DNA of 64,000 nucleotides from a virus (Duplodnaviria; Heunggongvirae; Uroviricota; Caudoviricetes): IMG/VR virus record IMGVR_UViG_3300037067_007156, positions 429,519 to 493,518 of that record; one strand, 5' to 3'. Shown piece by piece: positions 57,598 to 64,000 of this stretch (position 1 is its first letter; each line of letters starts with the position of its first letter). The notes under the pieces were generated by a model. It saw only the letters and a program-made list of their open reading frames with translations, ran no database searches and was not told where the DNA came from. The position numbers and the translations under genes were made by a program.

Positions 57598-57873
57598 ATG
57601 AGCGATTTTAAACCAACACTTAAACAAATTGAGTTATATAAGGAACTCAGGAAAATAACAGAACCACATCACATGTATGCAGACCAAATAATGGCTATTG
57701 CAGAATACATAGATGCTGAATTTATACACAAAAGTAAAGCGAATGGTGTTAATACGAGTGAAAGGCAATTAACTATACCTGATGTTAGCAATCAGGTTTG
57801 CCAACATCAAAAACGCCAATGGATACCAGAACTCAACAAAGATTTATGCTTAAACTGTGGAACGCTCATTTAG
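57598..57873 (+). CDS. two-part protein with C-terminal CxH...CxxC mini-domain
   Basis: CQH...CLNCG segment begins after the GTT junction at 57784. Confidence 0.65.
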   Translation: MSDFKPTLKQIELYKELRKITEPHHMYADQIMAIAEYIDAEFIHKSKANGVNTSERQLTIPDVSNQVCQHQKRQWIPELNKDLCLNCGTLI

Positions 57874-58016
57874 GAAAACTTGTTGCTAACATGTATATAT
57901 AAATTTTACATTTTAACTATTTGATTTATAAATAATTAGTTTGATATATTTTTAAAGATTTGGCTTGAATTTAATAAAACATGGTGCGTGATTATCTCAA
58001 TTAAAAAATGAAATAA

Positions 58017-58239
58017 TTATTTCTTATTAAACTTCAACCAAGATTTAACCGCTTCTTCTTGTGTCTTTTTAAATTTATGTGTAGCTTCAGGTGAAAGGTC
58101 ACCAGTTTTTATTTCTGGAAAATTTTTAGCTATAACAGTCCAAAATGCGTCATCTGCATCTTGTATAATTTTATCTAAATCAACACCATCTGAATTATTT
58201 TCCTTTATGATAATTATTAAATGTTTTAATTTTTCTCAT
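58017..58239 (-). pseudogene. frameshifted ORF with MRKIKTFNNY N-terminal motif
   Basis: One extra base near 58210 separates MRKIKTFNNY from IKENNSDGVDLDKIIQDADDAFW...KFNKK. Confidence 0.6.
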
Positions 58240-58240
58240 A

Positions 58241-58759
58241 TTATTCACCTAATTTTTCACCATTCGGATAATACATTTCCCCATCTTTATCTATTTTAAA
58301 AATAGTTCCAGAATGTGGACTTATCATTAAAGCAAAAACATCTTTCATACCTAAATATCTACTTGCAAACTTTCCATATTTTGGATTTTTAGTAGTACCT
58401 ACCCAACTGCGTAATCTTAATTCTTGCATTCTGGTCATACCATTTTTTTCATCTCGGATAGAGTATAGTGGTTTATCTTCTAACTTTTTTTCTTTGATAA
58501 TAAAATGTTTATAATCTATATATAATGCTGATTTATGATACCACCAAGGTTCATTTTCTTTTTCATCCCAAGAGGTTGTTTCATAAAAATAAACATCAAA
58601 GTCACCTTCTTTATGAATCCATTTTTTATCTAAATAAAAATTATTTAATATATGGTCAAAGGATTCTTTAGAATCAAATTGTGTAATTCTCCAGTCACCA
58701 TCTGTTTTAGATGTAGTGATTTGTTTATTGTATGCTTCGAATAATTTTAAATATTTCAT
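58241..58759 (-). CDS. hypothetical protein with MKYLKLFE motif
   Basis: MKYLKLFEAYN; coupled to 58756-59313. Confidence 0.65.
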   Translation of the reverse strand: MKYLKLFEAYNKQITTSKTDGDWRITQFDSKESFDHILNNFYLDKKWIHKEGDFDVYFYETTSWDEKENEPWWYHKSALYIDYKHFIIKEKKLEDKPLYSIRDEKNGMTRMQELRLRSWVGTTKNPKYGKFASRYLGMKDVFALMISPHSGTIFKIDKDGEMYYPNGEKLGE

Positions 58760-59313
58760 TCTTGATATTTATATTTTATATACGAATCTAATTCACGCCA
58801 ATCTAAATCAGTTATTCCTTGATAATTTTTATCAATAAAATATTGATTAACTTCTTCCCTGCTCATATCTTTTAATTCATTAACAACTTCATTTATATAA
58901 GTATTGGGTACATCAATTGTAATTTTTATAACAGGCATACAATCACAACCTAATTTCATTAATGCGATAGCTCTATGTCTTCCTTCTTGTAATGATGAAT
59001 TTTCTTGATAATTTCCAACTGGAAATTTTGCTCCATTTTTCATAGCTTCTACATATTTATCAACTTTTTCTTGACTAACAGGTATTAAAGCATCTTCATA
59101 TGATAATCCACCAAAATTATGTGCAATGGTATAGATATATTTTTTAGGACTCATATAAATTAATTCCTCAATCTTTCTTTTATAAACTAATGAATAAAGA
59201 GGATTTTCATATGCACTATATATATCACCTATATTATTCATATCAAAATATTTACATCCATCACAATTAATGATTATATCTTTAAAATTTTCAAATAATT
59301 TAATATATTTCAC
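58756..59313 (-). CDS. ParB/Srx-like domain protein with MKYIKLFENF motif
   Basis: QEGRHRAIAL...MPV. Confidence 0.55.
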   Translation of the reverse strand: MKYIKLFENFKDIIINCDGCKYFDMNNIGDIYSAYENPLYSLVYKRKIEELIYMSPKKYIYTIAHNFGGLSYEDALIPVSQEKVDKYVEAMKNGAKFPVGNYQENSSLQEGRHRAIALMKLGCDCMPVIKITIDVPNTYINEVVNELKDMSREEVNQYFIDKNYQGITDLDWRELDSYIKYKYQE

Positions 59314-59738
59314 GAATATTGAATTATAATTTTTTTATATTCTATATATTATTTATTTTTGTTAAAAATATTATTATATGATAAGTAAACAACCATTATT
59401 AAAAATAACAGAAGTCATGGAGGAAATGACTATTTCTGATTTATTAAGAAATAATGATTTGTTTTCTAAAGATATAAAACAAAAAATAAATAATAAACAA
59501 TTGTTATTGAATGGTGAACCGATGACATTAGAACATTTAAAATTAAATATCAATTCGTTCGATGAGGCTGGCGATTTTATCTTTAAAAATTTAGAAAAAA
59601 TAAGACCTATTTCTTTTTTGAATTTAGAAGACATGTTTGAGGCCGATACACCTTTCATTAAGACATTGTTTAATGACTTGTTTTTATTGAAGATTGCTAA
59701 AAAGAAATGGTTTGTTATTACATTAAAAAAATAATACA

Positions 59739-60584
59739 TTATTCTAATAAAAAATCTAAACAATTTTTTATAGTTTGTTCTTTATCATTTAAAAAATCAC
59801 ATTCCCAAATTATTTTTACTTTATAATTATTATTTAATAATTTATTAATTTTATTCTTATCTTTATCCCATATTTCTTTGGAAGTTTTATTAATAAATTT
59901 TAGTGGTATATCGTTTTCTTTATAAATAGTGGGATTTGCATGAAATTTATCACCATTAAATTCTATCACCTTTTTTATATCTTCAATTACAAAATCAAAA
60001 TTGTGAGAATATATTCCGCAACTATATTCATGATTTAATTCACCAAAATATATTTTATTAAATTTATTTTGAATTATATTATAAACAGACCAAAACAATT
60101 CTTGTGATATTTTAGACCATTTCTGTTTATTATTGTTGATATTTCTAAAATGTGTTGTTTTTGAAATACTTAAACTTCTTTCATTATATTTTATAATACC
60201 CTCTATTTCTCCATGTTTTTTAATAAACCAAGATAAAGAAAAAACACCTTTCATATTATATCTAAATTGTTTATATTGTTCTTCATTTAATCTTTCTTTA
60301 ATTGATTTATTTTTTAATGTTTTTGTATATTTTTTCAAACCTTCTAATTGTTTTTCTTTTCTTTCATTTCTTGTAATTTCCCATTCTGAATTAATTTTAT
60401 CAACATCTATGTTGTAATATTTTAAAATATATTCCCCATAAGATAATTCATTATGTTGATTTTTTAAATGTGAAGCTAAACCTGGTATACTTTTTAATTC
60501 TTTCGAACAAATTTTACATATATATGGTTCTGGTATTGATATTTTAATTTTACTTTTAAATTTTTTATTAGATTTTTTATTCAT
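59739..60584 (-). CDS. C2H2 Zn-finger plus Vsr/PD-(D/E)XK endonuclease-like protein
   Basis: CKIC...HLKNQH; FDF...VIEFNGDKFH...IIWECD. Confidence 0.7.
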   Translation of the reverse strand: MNKKSNKKFKSKIKISIPEPYICKICSKELKSIPGLASHLKNQHNELSYGEYILKYYNIDVDKINSEWEITRNERKEKQLEGLKKYTKTLKNKSIKERLNEEQYKQFRYNMKGVFSLSWFIKKHGEIEGIIKYNERSLSISKTTHFRNINNNKQKWSKISQELFWSVYNIIQNKFNKIYFGELNHEYSCGIYSHNFDFVIEDIKKVIEFNGDKFHANPTIYKENDIPLKFINKTSKEIWDKDKNKINKLLNNNYKVKIIWECDFLNDKEQTIKNCLDFLLE

Positions 60585-60665
60585 CTACTTATTTTTAATA
60601 ATATATATTAAATTAAGTATGATTTTTTTTATAATAAAATTTATTATAAATTTGAAAAAAAAATT

Positions 60666-61178
60666 ATGAGATTAATTAGAAAATTAAAAATATTGTTTAG
60701 TAAAACTGATAATGTTTTTGAAGATGTTTTATTAAAAAAAATGACAATGGCATTATTAAGCGATATTGAAAAATTAAAAGATATTCAACAAAATCCTCAG
60801 TGGCATATCGAAAACGATGTATATACACATACGATGGTTGTTACGAACCGATTACATAATAAATATCATAATATAAATCTCACGTTATCGGGAATATTTC
60901 ACGACCTTGGTAAGTTTGATACCACCAAATGGGATGATAAAAAACAATCTTGGACTGCATTTGGTCACGAGGATTTTTCAATTGATTATGTTGAAAAACA
61001 TAAAGATTGGATTAAAAAAATGGGTGGAAATGTTGAAAAAATAAAATATATCACTGCAAATCATATGCGTATTAAATTTATAGATGAAATGCGAAAGAAA
61101 AAACGTAGAAAGTTTGAAGCTGAGAAATGGTTTCATTTGGTTGTTAAATTTAAAGAGTGTGATAAAGGTGGTTTTTAA
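60666..61178 (+). CDS. HD-domain phosphohydrolase
   Basis: QNPQWHIENDVYTHT, FHDLGK, GHE, NHM, CD. Confidence 0.85.
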   Translation: MRLIRKLKILFSKTDNVFEDVLLKKMTMALLSDIEKLKDIQQNPQWHIENDVYTHTMVVTNRLHNKYHNINLTLSGIFHDLGKFDTTKWDDKKQSWTAFGHEDFSIDYVEKHKDWIKKMGGNVEKIKYITANHMRIKFIDEMRKKKRRKFEAEKWFHLVVKFKECDKGGF

Positions 61179-61889
61179 ATATAACAAACATGAGTAATAT
61201 ACATTATAGAGTTGATAATGGTTTTTTTTATAAGATTGTTACATCAAGTAAGAAGATTTATAAGATAACGGTAGATGATGTTGAATCTCTTGATTTTGAT
61301 TCTAATTTTGAAACAGTTAAGAATTTCAAACCTTTGAAAAAAAATGATTGGAATTCTATGCAAAACCATTTTTTCATATCAAGAGATTTTGAATGGGTTT
61401 ATGATGGAATTTGTTATATGACAACTGGTAAAAAAATTCAATATAATGCTAATGGTGTTTTATCCCCATCCGCTTTGGTGTTTCATAATGGGTTGGTTTG
61501 GGAAGCACGTTATTCAGGAAATTATTATCCAAGAATGTGGTTAACTGCTAAAGTTAAACGCACAAATAAAGAGACTGGTGAAGTTAAAATAGTTGAAATA
61601 AATAAATGGACTGATGAAAAGTATCTTCGTGCGTTTGAGAAAGCTCCAGAATTTAAACAACGGGCGTTGAAAATAAAAGAAATATTTAATGATTGTTTTG
61701 ATTTATAATGAAACTTAAAAGAATTATTTTTGATTAAATATGATTTTAGATTTTGAAAAACCAAAAAAAACCCGTTCTACTGAGGAACATAATAATATGT
61801 TTTCTTCGGATAAACGATATAAAATAAAAATGAACAAAACTTTAAACAAAAAATTAAATACACAGCAAGAACAATTAGATATCCATGTT

Positions 61890-63981
61890 GTTATTGGCAG
61901 TTTTGTTAAGTTTTACGACTGTCAACAAGCAAATAAGGATAGAGATTTTTCAGGAGCAAACCCTAAATATTACCCTATTGGTAAAGTAATAAATGTTTAT
62001 GATTATAAATCAACATTTGGTTATACAGATAGGGTTTGTGATATACAAATAGGTGAACGCATTAGCAAGTCTCATTTTATAAGAGGTGTTGAAATTATTT
62101 CTTAAAAATATCTATAACGGTTGCTATAATTAAATTTATTATGACATTAGTGAATAGTTTAAAAGCGGAAATTGGCGATACGTTAATTGCTAATTATAAC
62201 AACGGAATTTGGGAAAAAAATGATGTTTGTATATTAATCGAAAAATCACCTGAATATGAAAAATGTACTGAAGGTCAATTTTTTAATAAGACAAAAAATA
62301 TAATACACGGTGGTAATATTCAATCATTTCAATATTACAATAAACGTTGAATGTTGGTGTATTACTGCACTGAACTTAATTTAAAATATACACTTAAAAA
62401 TATGAACAAAATTATAAATGAAACAAAAGAGAAACGCACTATACAACGAGATAGCGAACGTGAAAAAAAATTATTTATTGGGCTAAACAACTGGAACATA
62501 AATCTCTATCGCTACATGAATTAGTTGAAAACGCTAAGTGGTTATTAGACCGTGTTCGTTAATGGTTGAAAAATATAAAATGTCTATTAAACAAAACTTA
62601 AATGGAAAATCTTGAAATGTTAAAATGTATGTCTGTTGATGAAATGGTGAAAGTAGTTAGTAATTTATCTAATGTTGATACAGCATTGGATATTATTAAC
62701 AAAGGAAAACGTAACGAAAAAGTAGAACTTGAATGGGTAGGAGATAAATTGCGGTTAAAAAATTAAATTAAACACAACGATTGAGTATTGGCGTTGTTGT
62801 CATTACAAAAATAAATTAATAGTATGAAACATAAAATCATGAAAACGTTTGAAGAACACTCATCAGAATTGAATATATCTGATGTTATTAGAGAGAATAA
62901 AAATTATGATTACATCATAGTAAAAATCAAATCTGGTGCAAATTGTCCAAAAAAATATTGGAATAAAAAAGCAGTTTATGATAAACGAAATAAATACATG
63001 TTAGAATATAATAAAGGATTTGATTTGTCATATGGTTCTGTATTCATGGTAAATCCAAATGAAAAGGATTTTGAAATCGAATAATTTTTATTCTCTATGG
63101 CAAGTTATAAAACGTTGCCAATTTAGAAGTACAAATGTTTAATTTAAAAATAAAAGTTGATATGGAATACAAAATTCAAATAACCGATGAAGCTGGCAAT
63201 GTCCATTTATACAATGTTACCCGTAGTTCTTCTGAACCAAAATCGTTGAATGACTTCATTTTAGAAGCGTTACAAATTTCAGAAGATAAACGAAAGCTAC
63301 CATTTATAATACAATGTCCGAATGGATTAGAAGTACACCCTTTAATTAAAATGAAGTTTGAAAACTATGGTTCTCCAATATTGGGTGATAAGTTAGAAGC
63401 GATGCACGTAACTTGGCGTGATTAGAATTACGACTAACAGTTGCAAATATAAAACGTTTTAAAACAGAACTTGAATAGAATCAATAATATAACAATTAGT
63501 ATGAATTTTATTTTGAAATATGAATAAAATGTTTTATAATTGCTTTTATAAGTAGTAAAATAAAAATCAATCTAAAAAAAATAATTATGAAAATTAAAGG
63601 AATAGTAACAAGAATTGATTCTGCTTGTTGGTCAGATGATAGAGGTAATGATAAATATGGTTATGTTTTTTATGTAAAATCAAAAGATACTGGTTTTGCT
63701 ATAAATAAAAAAACAAAGAGTGGTATTATTTTTATGAATAACATTGACAAAATATTGAATAATGAAATTGAATTTATATGTGATGAATTTGGTTATAGTG
63801 TTAAATTAACAAAACAAACTATTGATAATCTAAATTAATTTTTGTTTAATTACTTATAACGGTCGAGTGTAGTACAAGTAAGGGATTGCGGATTGCAAAC
63901 CTTTCAAACTATACCGACCAACAAGCGGGCTACAGCGCTTCAAATTTGCAGTAAAACCCTTATTGGTGCTACACTTTGTTA
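61890..63981 (+). mobile_element. chain of integron-cassette-like modules (cluster B), partly decayed and running off the window end
   Basis: Cassette-end inverted repeats and bulged hairpins at 62884/63081, 63106/63194, 63216/63424, 63443/63525, 63545/63849, 63866/63957. Confidence 0.7.
63857..63981 (+). repeat. best-preserved attC-like hairpin
   Basis: TAAC-GGTCG-AGTGTAGTACAAGTAAGGG ... CCCTTATTGGTGCTACACT-TT-GTTA. Confidence 0.75.
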
Positions 63982-64000
63982 ACCACCGTATTTTATTGTA

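Larger units (their letters stand above)
56916..57890 (+). mobile_element. chain of integron-cassette-like modules (cluster A)
   Basis: Alternating GTTA...TAAY cassette-end inverted repeats and TAAY...GTTA long hairpins (details in findings). Confidence 0.65.

Overview
This is a very AT-rich, gene-dense segment of a large T4-like (probably jumbo) dsDNA phage. The host is most likely Bacteroidota, given the TAnnTTTG promoters, a T9SS type-B substrate, and host-like M23/SPOR/LOG genes. Core genes include terminase large subunit, a gp25-like baseplate protein, clamp loader, a probable sliding clamp, RNase H/5'-3' exonuclease and dCMP deaminase. There are also several free-standing homing-type endonucleases, an NAD salvage set (PncA, PncB, Gln-dependent NadE, Nudix), a degenerate tRNA and many small ORFs. 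Two structures not explained by the ORF track stand out. (1) Two paralogous 107-aa genes (14268-14591 minus, 56023-56346 plus) each run into a Cas-less mini-array of 36-bp CRISPR-like repeats with mostly 30-bp spacers; the first repeat and spacer encode the protein C-terminus. (2) Chains of integron-cassette-like modules (20.8-21.1, 56.9-57.9, 61.9-64.0 kb) are bounded by TAAC...GTTA bulged hairpins. Their GTT junction is an in-frame Val codon inside six different ORFs, suggesting recombinational shuffling of protein halves. All protein calls are motif recognition by eye; no searches were run.
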